This document shows, piece after piece, positions 1 to 15,578 of a stretch of DNA of 64,000 nt. The stretch lies in assembly GCF_018350175.1 (NCBI RefSeq), contig NC_058373.1:115074001-115138000 (forward strand), in the 5' to 3' direction. The translations under genes were made by a program, and so were the position numbers. Positions within the stretch are counted from its first letter, which is position 1. Every line of letters starts with the position of its first letter. The notes under the pieces are model-generated. The model saw only the letters and a list, made by a program, of their open reading frames with translations, did no database searches and was not told where the DNA came from. Source of the DNA: Felis catus. Lineage: Eukaryota.

Positions 1-657
1 GCCAAAGACACGACTCCCTCTCCACAGGTGGGGAAACCAAGGCACAGAGAGATGATCTACCCAAAGTCACTCAGTAAGTCGGAAAACAAACTGAACAAAG
101 GGCGAGGTAAGATCGCCTGTGTACCTTTCAGTGTCTCATCCACAAAACCAGACTGTGTCCTTCTCGAGTGAATGTACGTACTTGAGAAGAAAGGAGTTTT
201 AGGTGGAACTTTCTATTAAGGTTGCAAAAGCTCTCTAGGAAATCAGGGGCCACAAGGTAAGAACCAGTAAGTATCCAGTTACCCCTTTAGTTAAATGCCC
301 CTGACTCACAGACAATGCCAATTGTTATAGCTAGCTACTGATAACCTGGTTACCGACAAGAAAATTTGAGGGAAAAATCCACCCCTACCAGAAATAAACC
401 TTGGCACAGCTCTCTTCCCGGTGTTACACCTGAAGTGTAACACACAAGTACTGCTCCCTTCTACACAATGCTTTTGTATCTGCTGGCATGCAGTTGGGGG
501 TGGGGTGGGGTACAGACGGAGTGTGTGTATATGTGTGTGTGTAATATCAGACATTTTAGGGACAATTCTGCCCAGCAGAATATACATGAAATATGTCCAA
601 TATAGTAGTTCTCTACCCTGTTTCTTACTTTTGTTTGTTTTTGGTTTTTTGGTAACT

Positions 658-663
658 TTTATT
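658..663 (-). terminator. Candidate polyadenylation signal AATAAA of CCDC177
   Basis: TTTATT on the + strand at 658-663, following an AU-rich distal UTR. Confidence 0.6.
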
Positions 664-1616
664 TCCTGGTCCAGATTTAATGAAAAAAGTAACGTTTTCT
701 GTGATGAAGGCAAGAGTTAATGGGTAGATATGGCCGGCGGCTGATTTCGGCTTCACGGAAAGGAAGCACTCTAAGGGTTAAAGTAGCCTGAAGACAACTG
801 GATGGGAATTTGTTAGACTTGCAAGTATTTTCTCCCAGAAGCTAAATGATCATCTGTCCTGACGCGCCCGGCCCCCTCCAACACCAGGAATCCATATTCC
901 CAGAAACCAGCTAGGCCAACAGCAGCCCTCCTGCCTCCCTACTCCAGGTCAAGAAAGGCACAAAGAAGACCAACAAATAATACTGAGGCGGTGCTTTGGG
1001 TCTGGAAGACCTTGAGGTACCTGGAAAAGAGTACTGATGGCCCCATCTGGCCAATGGGAAAGGTGAGGCACGGAGAGACTGATTAAACACTTTAAGTCAC
1101 AAGCGAGAGAGAACCAGGAACTTAAGGGGGGGGGGTGAGGGGGACATTCTCTTTTTCTTCTGTGGGGGAGGACGAGGGGGAAACATACCACCAACAATAG
1201 CAAACACAAACTCTCAACAGCAAAGCGGCAGGATCCCAGCCACCCCAGGAGATCACCCTCTGAGCAGCTGTGAGGATTCCTCCGCAGAGGAAATCCTAGC
1301 TCCAGACTCGCTGCGCCCACCCTCGGGGCTGCATCCAGGGCTGGAGATTGAGGCAGGATTGGCCTGGGCAGGCACATAAGGTAGCTCTGCTTCTTAAGGC
1401 ATGGCTGCTGTCTTTCGAGGAATGGGCTCACATCCGCGTTGGGAGGTGGGCGTCAGACCGCTGCCTCCCCTGAAACTACCCTGCAAGAAAGCATCATTTG
1501 GTGGAACACTGCTGCCTAGGGAACTCATCTCCCCCGGGGCTGGGGGCTTCCACTAAAGCCAAAACAGCGTCACCAAGCCAACCGACAACACATTTCTTGT
1601 GTCCCTTGGAAGAATA

Positions 1617-1620
<4 letters not shown>

Positions 1621-1666
<46 letters not shown>
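1621..1666. repeat. (GA)23 microsatellite in the CCDC177 3'UTR
   Basis: Direct reading. Confidence 0.97.
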
Positions 1667-1670
<4 letters not shown>

Positions 1671-2339
1671 AAGACACAAATGAATCATAAATTTGCAGAT
1701 GATTGTCTAACTAGAAAGCCAAGGGGAATCAACCAAAAAACTACCAGAACTAAGATCAGAATTTGCTCAAGTGGCAGATTAAAAGTCAAGCATACAAAGA
1801 ACCCATCGCTTTTGGGGTCACTTGGTGTGGCCTAACACGCTGGAAGAGCTGTGCTTTTCTGCGTGGCCTCCACGCTTTGTGCAACTTGCTAGATTTAAAA
1901 AGATGGAGGCGAGCCGAGGGGATGCCTCCTCCGCTGTCACCTCAGACACCAATGTGCGACAGGTGCCTGGGCTCACTGCTGCAGAAGGGGCGGTCACTCC
2001 CAGGGGGGCCCTCCCTGCAGGCCCGACCCAGCCTCTTTCTCCCCAACTCTTTTTCTATTCCAATCCCAAAGACACATAGGGAAGCTTGGCAAGGGTAGCT
2101 GCGGGAGCCACCAAGGGTGGATGTGGTCAAAGATTGTGCTCTGTCATTTCCAAGCAAAGTCCGTTTTTAAAAAGGCGGTGGGGCTGTCAGGTCTCCTGTC
2201 TGTCCTCTCAATGCCTCTCTGATCGGAAGCCTGGCGAGGCCACTGTGCTGAGCCCCGACGGGGGACTTCCACGGTCTGGTCATAAAGGCCAAGGGAGGCC
2301 GCCCAGGGCTGAGCGTGGCAGGCTGGCCAGCCAGGGGTG

Positions 2340-5432
<3,093 letters not shown>

Positions 5433-5670
5433 CACACGTTCCGGGCTCCGGCCCCGCGCGGAGGGCTTTTGTTCGCAGCTCGCCGCTCTCCCCTGCGCGT
5501 CTTCAATCCCCGCGCCGGCGGGGTCGGGTTACTAACGGCTGCAGCCGCGGTAGGAGCCCCAGCTGCCACCGCAGCCACCGCCAGCGTCTCTCCATGGGGC
5601 CCGCACACATCCCAGACGCTACCTACACGCGGGAGGGGGAGTGCGACAAGGCCTCCCTAAAATAACGCAG
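5433..5670 (-). other. CCDC177: CCDC177 non-coding exon 1 (5' end approximate)
   Basis: Consensus donor GTG|GTGAGT on the minus strand (GT at 5432-5431) inside a CpG island. TATA-like TTTAAAA near 5698-5704 suggests a TSS near 5670. Confidence 0.7.
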
Positions 5671-5841
5671 CGCTGCTCCCTTCCCTCACGCTGATTCTTT
5701 TAAAAAAGGAAGCCGGGTTCCATCGCTGCTGCATCCCTCGCTGCCTCTCCAACGGGGAAGGTACCGCAGGTCTGGCGACGCCCTCAGCGCCTCCTGGTGG
5801 ACATTCAATATTGGTTTGTTTGCTTAGAGGACGAAGAGAAA

Positions 5842-5970
5842 TTATATATACATATGAAATATGTTTTTATATATGAAATATAAATATATACATATGTAAA
5901 ATATATGAAATATATTTTCTATATGAAATATAAATATATATGTATATTTGGTAGAGATGGATGTATATAC

Positions 5971-6008
<38 letters not shown>

Positions 6009-6360
6009 GGGAATATATATTCCCCCAAATACATAGTCCCCCAAATAAATATATTCCCAAATATATATTCATATCCCAAATATATATTCATCATTGCAAA
6101 TATATATACATATATACACACATATATACACACATACATATACATGTATATATATATACATATATACGTATATATGTACACACATATATGTATATATGTG
6201 TATATGTATACGTATATATGTATATATGTATATATACATATACGTGTGTACATATATACATATATGTGTGTATGTATGTATATATACATATGTATATGTA
6301 TATATACATACATACACATATATATGTGTGTATATATATGAAGGTGAATACACACACACT
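5842..6360. repeat. Complex (TA)n/(TATG)n/(TACA)n low-complexity array
   Basis: Direct reading; produces the spurious Y/I/H-rich ORFs. Confidence 0.95.
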
Positions 6361-6739
6361 TACTTGGAGCATCTATCCACTGAGAAACTAATCTTTAAGC
6401 ACCTTCACTGGGTAGAATGAAGGAATAGCTTGGCTTGCTTCTCAAGGGAACCCTGAGAAACATATAAACTTGATAGTAACTGAGTAGAAATATGGTTCCT
6501 AATCCAAATTATTAATGTTACTTTTTAAGAAAAACTAAGCACTCAGATTGTTTCGAGGCAAGCAGAAGATGTGTGACCAGTGTTTAATGCAAATTTGGGG
6601 GACTTCCTGGTTCCAGATAATACACATTAGAACCAGTTAGCGCTGTTTAATGGGTGTTATTTTGAGACACCTCCTCCCCACCTTTTTTCCATTTGGAGTG
6701 GTTTTGGCCACAGGAAGCAGAAGGGAGGCCTGGAGGGAG

Positions 6740-7706
6740 CTTGCTGGGTGCATGGGACATAACATTAGAGAGCATGGTAAACTATGTTGTTAATAATCTT
6801 GATGTTGTCAGATGGTAATGAGGAGCAAGTGAAGGATTGAAAGCAGAAAAATGACGTGGGTTGATTTATATTTTCAGAACGTAACTCTAGCAGCAATGGA
6901 GTGAGGGCTCTAGGGGAGGTCAACGGGAGGTCGGAAGCCCTGTTAGCTGTACCATCGCCCAAGGCAGGAAAGGTTGGGACTTGAGGGGGAACAGCAGCAG
7001 GACAAGTAGGTCTGGTTGAGCTGGGGGGTGTACAGGTTCCTGAAATAGAAAAAGAGTGTTCAAAGATAGCTTGGCCCTGGGGGTGTGAGAAGCAGTGAAG
7101 GGTCAGGGATGACTTCCTGGAGCAGTGAGGTAGCTGGGTGCACCCAGTGAGAGTACGGAGCCAGGAGGGAGGAGTAGGTGACGAGGAGAGCCTGGGAGAG
7201 AGGAGTTTCTTCTTGGACCACTTGCATGTAAGGTGGAGCTGCCCAGGAGGTGGCTGGGAAGTTGTGTCAGACGTCTCGACTGGAGCTAGAGTTTAGGACA
7301 TCATCACCATATACGGTGTTCCTAAAACCAGCAGTGGGAGTGAGATCACCCAGCAAGGGCAGGAGGAGTGACAAGGGAGGCAGGCAGGGCATGATGAGGC
7401 TGCTAAAGGAACAGGAGTCCATGAAGGGGACCAGTCAGCACTAGCACGAAAGTCAAGGTCTTGTGAGGCTAACAACAGAGCACTACAGGAGGGCGTACCC
7501 TAGTGTCGAGGCCACAGAGGTCTAGAAGGATTCCCCCTGGCATCAAATACCCACTGAAATTGGCAGTGACGGGGTTTTTGGTGACATCAACAAAAACAGC
7601 TTCAGTATCATCCTGGGGGTCAATGCCAAACGGCAGGAGGTAGAGGTTCGGGGGAGGTGAGAAAGTATCACTGACTCTTTGACATTTGGATGAGAGTGTT
7701 TGGAGC
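6740..7706. mobile_element. Ancient L2 LINE fragment
   Basis: Purine-rich decayed sequence resembling recalled L2 consensus blocks. Confidence 0.55.
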
Positions 7707-8196
7707 TGTAAAGGGCTTGAGACCTCATCCCACTGACATGCGGACACGTTAACCTGCCAGTTTCATAGATGCTGGACAAGCATGTCCTTGGTCAGAAACA
7801 AAGGACTTTGTTACTTCTGGCACAGCAGACAGCAGGAGGTCCGTGTTTTTGTTGCCTCCCTGTGCCCAACTCCCTCAGAGCCATAGGGAGATGGGCCCAG
7901 ATAGCTATTTTACATACAATGGGTTTGTGTCACAGGTGAATGACCCTACTAAATTTAGTAACTCTTCATCTTTTCAGGGGCAGGACTAGCAGACCTGCTC
8001 AACCTTTGTTTGCCCCAGAGGGAGGCAATATCTTCGTTATCTGGGACCGAGATCAAGTCTTCTCTCTGACCTGGAGGGAGACTCCTTCTCTCTCTGTCTT
8101 CCAGGGATGTTGGCTGTACACACATCCTTGGAAAATAGTCCAGAATAAAAGCCTGTACGAGATATGCAGAAATGCCATGGAGAATTGCTCTCAACA
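7707..8196 (-). mobile_element. Solo LTR, LTR40-like (ERVL)
   Basis: TG...CA termini. The end ccatggagaattgctctcaaca matches the reverse complement of the recalled LTR40 5' end. Confidence 0.6.
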
Positions 8197-9069
8197 GAGA
8201 AAAGGAGCAATTGATCAGATTAGCTAGTAAGAGTTGGGGCTGGGATTCGGACCTGGCTCTGTCTGGTTCTGAAGTGGATCCCATGCCTTGCAATGCATCT
8301 AGAAGTAAAGTAAAGGATCTATGGATTCAGATGAGTGGACTAGTTATAGTTAGTGGACTAGTGGACTATAGTGGGCTACTAAACAGTTACTATTCATTTG
8401 GATAAATCTCATCTTACAGGTATGGTCAGAATCAATCAGGAAACATCGGTAGTATCTGTAAGTTTTAAATGGGAAGCCCAACAAATGTCCCACCTTTAAT
8501 TAAGGAATGATTCACCTACGGGAAAGGTCAGGGAAGGAGAGGGCATGGAAAGGGGTCCCTGAAATAGGACACTGATCTCTAGCGAGCCACTTGAGCAGAA
8601 GTGACTTGGCAAACAGTGGGGGTACTACTGAATTATCCTGGATCTCTCACCTCTCATCTTTAGGTGCCTTGGACATTTCAGGAGCTGGGTTTCAAACAGG
8701 TTAAGTACTGGCTTCCTTCAGGTTGGGAGTCCTAGCCTGCCAAACATCAAAGGTATTAAATCCAGTTTTATTATGGCAGCCAGTAAAGAAAGCAGCCCAG
8801 TTTGGGAACATGCATCTGCCCCTTGTGAGTGAGGTTGTGGACATGGTGATGAGGAAGGTGACTCTTAAAGAGTCATACAGACTACTCGTTCAAACGCCCG
8901 CTAACCAGGCTGTATGATTTCAGGCAAGCTTCTTAGCTCCTCTGAGCCTCAGCTTCCTCAAAAGAGGAGCCACAATATGGACTGTTATTTTGCGTTGCAC
9001 AGGCCTTTAGAGATGATAATTTACTAAGTAGCTTGTTAGATCCCTTAATAGAATAGCTCACTGGCAGCC

Positions 9070-9389
9070 TGGGAGCTATAACAAATTACCATGAACACAA
9101 ACAACAAACATTCTCACAGTTCTGGAGGCTGGGACATCCAAGATCAAGGTGTGGTGTTTGGTGAGGGCCCCACTTCCTGGTTTGCAGATAGCCAGCCTCT
9201 TGTAGCCTCACCTGGTGGAGAGCAGAGAGAGAGCAAGTTCTCTCCTGTCTTTTCTTATAAGGACACAAAGCCCATCAGGAGGGCTCCAACCCCATGATCT
9301 AGTTACCTCCATCTCCAAACACCATCACACTGGGGGTTAGGATTTCAACATTTGAATTTGGGGGAGACACAACCATTCAGTCCATAACA
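9070..9389. mobile_element. MaLR LTR (MLT1 family)
   Basis: ctcacagttctggaggctgg...tccaagatcaagg...gggacacaa.cattcagtccataaca motifs. Confidence 0.8.
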
Positions 9390-9563
9390 GTCACTTAATC
9401 TGGACCAAAAAACCCTCCTACAATGTAGACATTATTATCTCCATTTAAATTCATTTTTCTCAGTCCTCACCACCTACCTCAGCTCCGTGCACTTGTGTTT
9501 ATTCCCTCTTCTCAATATAATCCTATTCATAGAATGGAGATTATTCCATCTAAAGCTCTAAAT

Positions 9564-9789
9564 CAAGAGTTGGTAAACTATGATCTGTGGGCCAAATCTA
9601 CTCACTGACTGTTTTTGTAAATAAAGTTTTATTGAAACACAGCTATGTTTATTCGTTTGCATGTTGTCTGTACTACCTTTTGGCAACAGTATCAGAATTG
9701 AGTAGTTTTGAAAGAGACTGTATGTATGACTCACAAAGTTTAAAATGTTTGCTGTCGGGCTCTTCGGAGAACAAGTTTGCCAGTCCCTG
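9564..9789. mobile_element. MER58A-like hAT MITE
   Basis: gggccaaatct...gtttttgtaaataaagttttattgaaacacagc...aagtttgccagtccctg. Confidence 0.8.
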
Positions 9790-9811
9790 TTCTAATGACT
9801 GATAATAGCTT

Positions 9812-10510
9812 TTGCTCAGCTATCAGTTTATTGACTTGCACCTCCAAATTCGCTCTTCCTGCTCTGGGAGAGTGGACTGTGTGCATTTTCTACTTGACAG
9901 TGAGCACAATGCTAAGGTTAGCCAGTAGAGGGAGCCAGAGGGACGTTGCAGGAGAAAGGGGCTTCTCTTCCTGGTTCCTTTGTGCTGTGATTTCTGCTTT
10001 TTCTTGTTCCTGCTGCCTGATGAGTGGTGTGGGTGTGGGGGAACATCCTGTGACGCTTTGCTCCAGCTGTGTCCCCAGAGCCGTCAGTGACTCACAGCCC
10101 CGGCCCAGGTCTGGTGAGCACCTTCCTGGGCCTTCCTGAGGCAGACACCACAGATGCTAAACCGCGTGCCCCATAGTGGTTCTCTGACTCCCTTTCTCCA
10201 GTCTAGTCCACTCTAAAGATGATTTCCTGTTTGCCTGTGGAGCAGCCCTGCCCCAGACAAACTTCTCTGACATCCAGGGGGCTGCAATCACACCTTTCCC
10301 AATGAGCTCTGAATCCCAACCCCCAGTGTGTGTGTGTGGGGGGGGTCCCCTTCCAAGTTGTCCCTTCTGAGTACTCTCCCTCAGCCTTAGGGAACCCTTG
10401 AGAGTTCTCTGTATGTCTATATTTATTCTCCTTTTATAGCTTAATGCCTCCATATGAGCTTCCTCTGTAGATTACTGTGTGGTTTCTGCCTCCTGACTAG
10501 ATCAGTGTGA
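9812..10510. mobile_element. LTR33-like ERVL solo LTR
   Basis: Resemblance to recalled LTR33 consensus (ctccaaattc...gccagtagagggagc). Confidence 0.5.
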
Positions 10511-10623
10511 TGCACAGTGCAAAATGTAACCCATTCCCAGTTCTTGGGACTAAGGCCTTCAGAAGAAATTCAGGACACAAACTAACAGGTAAAAGGTAAT
10601 ATTAGTTAAAAATAAAATGTTTA

Positions 10624-10811
10624 GGGGCACTTGGGCGGCTCAGTCGGTTAAGCATTCAACTCCTTTCGGCGCAAGTCATAACCTCACAGTTCATGAGTTT
10701 GAGCCCTGCCTCAGGCTCTGTGCTGACAGCACAGAGCCTGCTTGGGATTCACTCTCTTTCTCTCTCTGCCCCTCCCTGACTTGCTCTCTCTCTCTCTCTC
10801 AAAATAAATAA
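10624..10811 (+). mobile_element. CanSINE (SINEC_Fc-type)
   Basis: ggggcac.tgggcggctcagtcggttaag head, (CT)n, A-rich tail. Confidence 0.9.
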
Positions 10812-11570
10812 CTGAGAAGAAATTGTTTATTTCGTATTTTGTTGGAGTAATATGTGTTTGTGACAGTAGGAAAAGAGAAAATACAGGAAGGAAAAAAACT
10901 GCAGGAAAAGAATCACTCAAAGACTACCAGCTTGGTTACAACTTGGTGTGTAGGCAGTGGGGACTTGTAAAGCTGCAGGAGGACACGTTCCTGTCTGTTT
11001 TCACTCACAACTGCTTAGGGCCTGGGCCATAGTAGGTCCTCCTGCTGAATGGGTCAACAAGAGTGCGTGAACGCGTCTAATTGGTGTTACTTTGCTCACC
11101 ATATATACAAGGCAAGTGGCCTTTGTCACAGTATTTTTGAGCTGTTAAGCCACTTTGATGACTCTTTGGGAGTTCGGTATGATAAGCAGGTGATGCTCAT
11201 AGGGACAGGAGAGACCAACCTGCCCTAGACCACGGAGGTGCCTCAGCAAGGGAATCTAGGAGTCTTACAGTTCATCTGATGGGGTTTTCTCTCACTTTAA
11301 GAAGGGCCACACCTCATTCCATCCACCACCCTCCCCTGCCATGACATTGGAGAAGTGTCCTTGTTCCTGAGTATGACCATGCACTGGGGGTGGGGGAGGG
11401 GGAGGGGGTGCTGCCCCATGGCTGTTTAGTCTGTGAACAAAATGGATCTGCTCAAAAGAGCGGGCTGTTCTTCAGGAGCTGGCCTTGTTTCCAGCCCCTC
11501 TGCCTCTCTCACTGGGTTGTCTGTCTCTGGCATGAAGCCGCCTGTGTGATCAGCACTTTAGGGGCCTTCC

Positions 11571-11786
11571 TTTTTTTTTTTTTTTTTTTTAAGATTTATT
11601 TTTGAGAGAGAGAGAGAGCGTGAGTTGGGGAGGGGCAGAGAGACAGAGGGAGACACAGAATCCAAAGCAGGCTCCAGGCTCTGAGCTGACAGCACAGAGC
11701 CTCGACGGGGCTTGAACTCACAAACCTAGAGGTCATGACCTGAGCCGAAGTCAGACCCTTAACAGACTGAGCAGCCCAGGAGCCCC
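11571..11786 (-). mobile_element. CanSINE
   Basis: Poly-T, (GA)n, body; imperfect TSD ggggcc(c)ttcc. Confidence 0.9.
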
Positions 11787-12423
11787 GGGGCCCTTCCATT
11801 TTGAAAGTGGCTACTCTGAAGCTACAGCTTCTGTTCCCCACAGGCCACTTCCCCCACTATCTGCGACACACACGCACACACACTCTTACTAATTCCTTTT
11901 TTATGTATGGACAGTCCTAACTTCAAATGTTGTGCACCGTTACTCTCCTAATGTCTTAAACCAGTCATCCTGATGTTTATACTTGGAGATTCAGAGATGA
12001 ATCATATTCCATTACTGGAGATTGTGGCCCCTGTTTGCCTGTTCGTCTTGGGAATCAGGAATCTGCCATCAGGCTCTATTTTACCCATCCAGATGTGTCC
12101 ATCAACCACACAAGAACAACAACAACAAAAACAATGAAAACTTGCTATTAAAAAGTACCCCAAGCTTGGCCAGGAAGCCTGGGGGTACCAAGAAGGTTGA
12201 GACTGACCCTCCCCCTTGAGTGCCAGTTGAAGTAACAATACCCAAATATTCAAGAAGTTCAATGATAATAGGGTTCAATCAGTTACAAGAGTTGGCAAAC
12301 AACGTAAAAGAGTAACCACAAGGCAGAATGTCATTAATGCATTGCTAACTAGCGCATCACTAATTACCATACAGTGTTAGGTAAGTTCTTCAACCTCTCT
12401 GAGTCTGGATTTCCTTTCTGGAT

Positions 12424-12722
12424 TGTATTTGTTTGCTAAGTCTGCTGTAACAATCTCACACACCTGGTGCTTCAACAATGGAAATTTGTTGTCTCACAGT
12501 CTGGAAGTGCAAGATCAAGTTGTGAGAAGGGTTGCTTCATTCTGACATCTCTTTCTTTGGGACATCTTTCTTTGGCCTAATCTCTTCTTATAAGGACACG
12601 AGCCCACCAGGATGACCCCACTTAACCTCTTTACAGGCCCCCATCCCCAGTCGCATTTGAGGTACACGGGCGTTTAGGACAGCAACTTTGAGTTTTGAGG
12701 GGACACAATGTAGCCCATAATA
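12424..12722. mobile_element. MaLR LTR (MLT1 family)
   Basis: ctcacagtctggaag...aagatcaag...tcttcttataaggacac...gggacacaat..agcccataa. Confidence 0.75.
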
Positions 12723-13139
12723 CTGATAAAATGGAAATAATGGTTCCTGGCTATCTGCAGTCATTCAGATTTTGATCGAGTGCCTATTGTTTGCTAAGCC
12801 CTGAGATCACTCTTGTGGGGCCCTGTTGTTAAGAGAAAAGGGGAGATGGTTATAGATCAGTCCCAGCAGTGCTGGGAAGGAGGACTGTTGGGAGTTCATT
12901 GAGTCAGGCACAAGACTGCCACGGCCTGAACCAGGGCAGCCGCGGTGAGGACAGAGGACAGAGGGAATAGAAAAATGTTAAAAGATATTTACTGTTGCAC
13001 GATTAGCTGTGACTCAAAATTCTTAGGTTTCTGGCTTGGACAACTAGATGTGGGGGGAGGGTTGTGGCATTTGCTGAGTTGGAAAATAGAGTAAGAGGAA
13101 GAAATTTTGACAAAGATGATGAGTTACACTGTAGACCTG

Positions 13140-14010
13140 TTATTTATTTATTTATTTATTTTTTAATTAATTAATTTATTTATCATCATGGTAAGTACAC
13201 TCTTTAATCCCCATCCCCTATTTCCCCCATCCCCCACCCACCTCCCCTCTGGTAACCATTAGTTCTCTATAGTTAAGAGTCTGTTTCTCGGTTTGCCTCC
13301 CTCTTTCTTTTTTTCTTTCCCTTTGCGCATTTGTTTTGTTTCTTAAATTCCACATATGAGTGCAGTCATATAGTATTTGTCTTTCTCTGCCTGACTTATT
13401 TCGCTTAGCATAATACTCTCTAGCTCCATCCGAGCCATTGGAAATGGCAACATTTCCTTCTTTTTTATGGCTGAGTAATATTCCACTGTGTGTATATACC
13501 ACGTCTTTATCCCTTCTTCAGTCACTGGACACTTGGGCTGTTTCCATAATTTGGCTACTATAAATAATGCTGCTCTGAACATCTGATAATGTATCTTTTT
13601 GAAAAAAAAAATTTTTAAGTTTTTATTTATTTATTTTTGAGAGAGACAGAGACAGCACCAGCAAGGGAGGGGCAGAGAGAGAGAGAGGGAGAGAGAGAAT
13701 ACCAAGCAGGCTCCACACCGTCAGCACAGAGCCTGATGCCAGGCTCCAGCTCCCGAAACCATGAGATCATGATCTGAGCTGAGACCAATTGTCAGAGGCT
13801 TAACCGACTGAGCCACCCAGGCACCCCACCCCGTGTGTATCCTTTTGAATTAGTATTTTTGTATTCTTTGGATAAATACGCAGTAGTGCGATTATTGGAT
13901 TGTAGGGTAGTTCGATTTTGAGGACCCTCCATGCTGTTTTCCACAGTGGCCACACCAGTTTGCATTCCTGCCAATAGCATATGACAGTTCCCTTTTCTCC
14001 ATGTCCTCGT
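13140..14010 (-). mobile_element. 5'-truncated LINE-1 3' end (ORF2 C-terminus, 3'UTR, A tail), interrupted by a SINE
   Basis: Translations MFRAALFIVAKLWKQPKCP...WYIHTVEYYSAIKK...LSEISQAEKDKY and CWQECKLVWPLWKTAWR match the L1 ORF2 C-terminus. Confidence 0.92.
13612..13827 (-). mobile_element. CanSINE inserted in L1
   Basis: SINE body; duplicated gtatc(t/c)ttttgaa around the insertion. Confidence 0.88.
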
Positions 14011-14895
14011 TCAAGCCCCACATTGGGTGCGGGGCTTACTTAAAGGTAAAAAAAAAATTTTTTTTAATAAGGTTTTTGCTGAGACTTCAAGGAGATGAAT
14101 ATGTTCAGCACATAGCACAATATGCCCATGTACCTGGTGCAGAGTAAGCCTCAACAAACAGGCCATCAATAGTTAGTAGTAGTTTGGATGAAATGAGCAA
14201 ATCCAAGCTTTCTTTTGGTTGATTTCCCTTGCACGTGTAGAATGTGTCTCTAACTTGGCCTTCAGTTCCTCTGCTCCGTTTGGAAACCTTGCCCTCTACT
14301 TATTTTGCCTTTTGTTTCTGGGGATCAGAGGATTTGCCTGGTGCTCTGACAGAGCTGAGTAGCAGGCGGGATTGTTTTGTGTTGCCCAAGGCAAATTTCC
14401 AGAGGGGACCTCGAGGCTCACTTCACCTTTTGACCTCCAGGTGGCGCCACGCCGCCGCTTATCTCTTGGCTCTGGCGCCAATCTTCTAAAGTGAGAAACC
14501 GGGCCTGAAAACACCAAAGGTAATCCCTAAAACCTAGAGAAGTGCTGAGTGCACTTGAGAGACAGTTTCACAAGGCAACTTGAAGACAATATCTTCTTCA
14601 TTTTTGGCCTTGGACTTGACTTGTACCCACCATTCCCTAAGGAGGCCCTGCTGCTTGATGCTTCTGTGTCTCTGCATGTACTCTTTGCAGTACTTGATCC
14701 ATGCTACTCTGTGTCACCAACTCCCTCTTGCCTCACAGAACTCGGCTCAAATGTCACCTCCTCAGTGGAGCCTTCCCTGATTAGATCTCCATTCTGGGTT
14801 GTGCTTTTACCACACCCTGAGCGTTGCATTTGGATGGCGCCCCAATGCATATTTTTAGACATTTTGTTATAGAGAACTTCAAATACCAAAAAATA

Positions 14896-15101
14896 GGGGA
14901 GCCCGGGTGGCTCAGTCGGCTAGGCGTCTGACTTCATCTCAGGTCATGGTCTCACCGTTTGTGGGTTCTGGCCCCATGTCGGGCTCTGTGCTGGCAGCTC
15001 GGAGCCTGGAACCTGCTTCGGATTCTGTCTCTCTCTCTCTCTGCCCCTCCCCTGCTCGTGCTCTCTCTCTCTCTCAAAAATAAATAAACATTTAAACAAA
15101 A
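14896..15101 (+). mobile_element. CanSINE
   Basis: Head, (CT)n and tail. Confidence 0.9.
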
Positions 15102-15487
15102 TGGAATTAAGTGACCTAATAGCATCAGTCTTGCCGAACTGTAATTTCTGAATTTCTTGCATGGTTCGTGCATTAGACAGTGGCCTCTGGGGGGAGAGGA
15201 ACTGTATTTTATGGCATGTGTCCCCAGCCCCTGTGCCTGACATAAATACTTAATAAAGATTTGAGGAATAAGTGGAAGCACGTACACGTGGTCCTGTTTC
15301 CCTACTCCACTGTTCCCCGTTTTTATCTTTTTTGGGAGTCTCTTCCCATCCTGCCTTTGGTCTTTGAGGCGTGCAGAGAGGCAGCTGTGGGCTGCTGCAT
15401 ACACATGTGACCACATTTCAACTCTGTCTTTTTTTGTGAACATGACAAAGTGGTTAATGTTTCTGAGCCTCCGTTACATTATTTGTT

Positions 15488-15578
15488 AAAAAAAAAAAAA
15501 AGAAAGAAAGAAAGAAAAGAAAGAAAAAGGAAGGAGGAAGGAAGGAAGGAAGGAAGGAAGGAAGGAAGGAAGGAAGGA
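15488..15578. repeat. A-rich / (GAAA)n / (GGAA)n polypurine microsatellite
   Basis: Direct reading. Confidence 0.95.

Noticed and set aside
5842..6420. Cluster of Tyr/Ile/His-rich ORFs on both strands
   Set aside because: Translations of the TA/TG/CA microsatellite.
8334..8379. Short tandem AGTGGACT-like repeats
   Set aside because: Local slippage duplication of about four short units with no unique spacers; not CRISPR-like.
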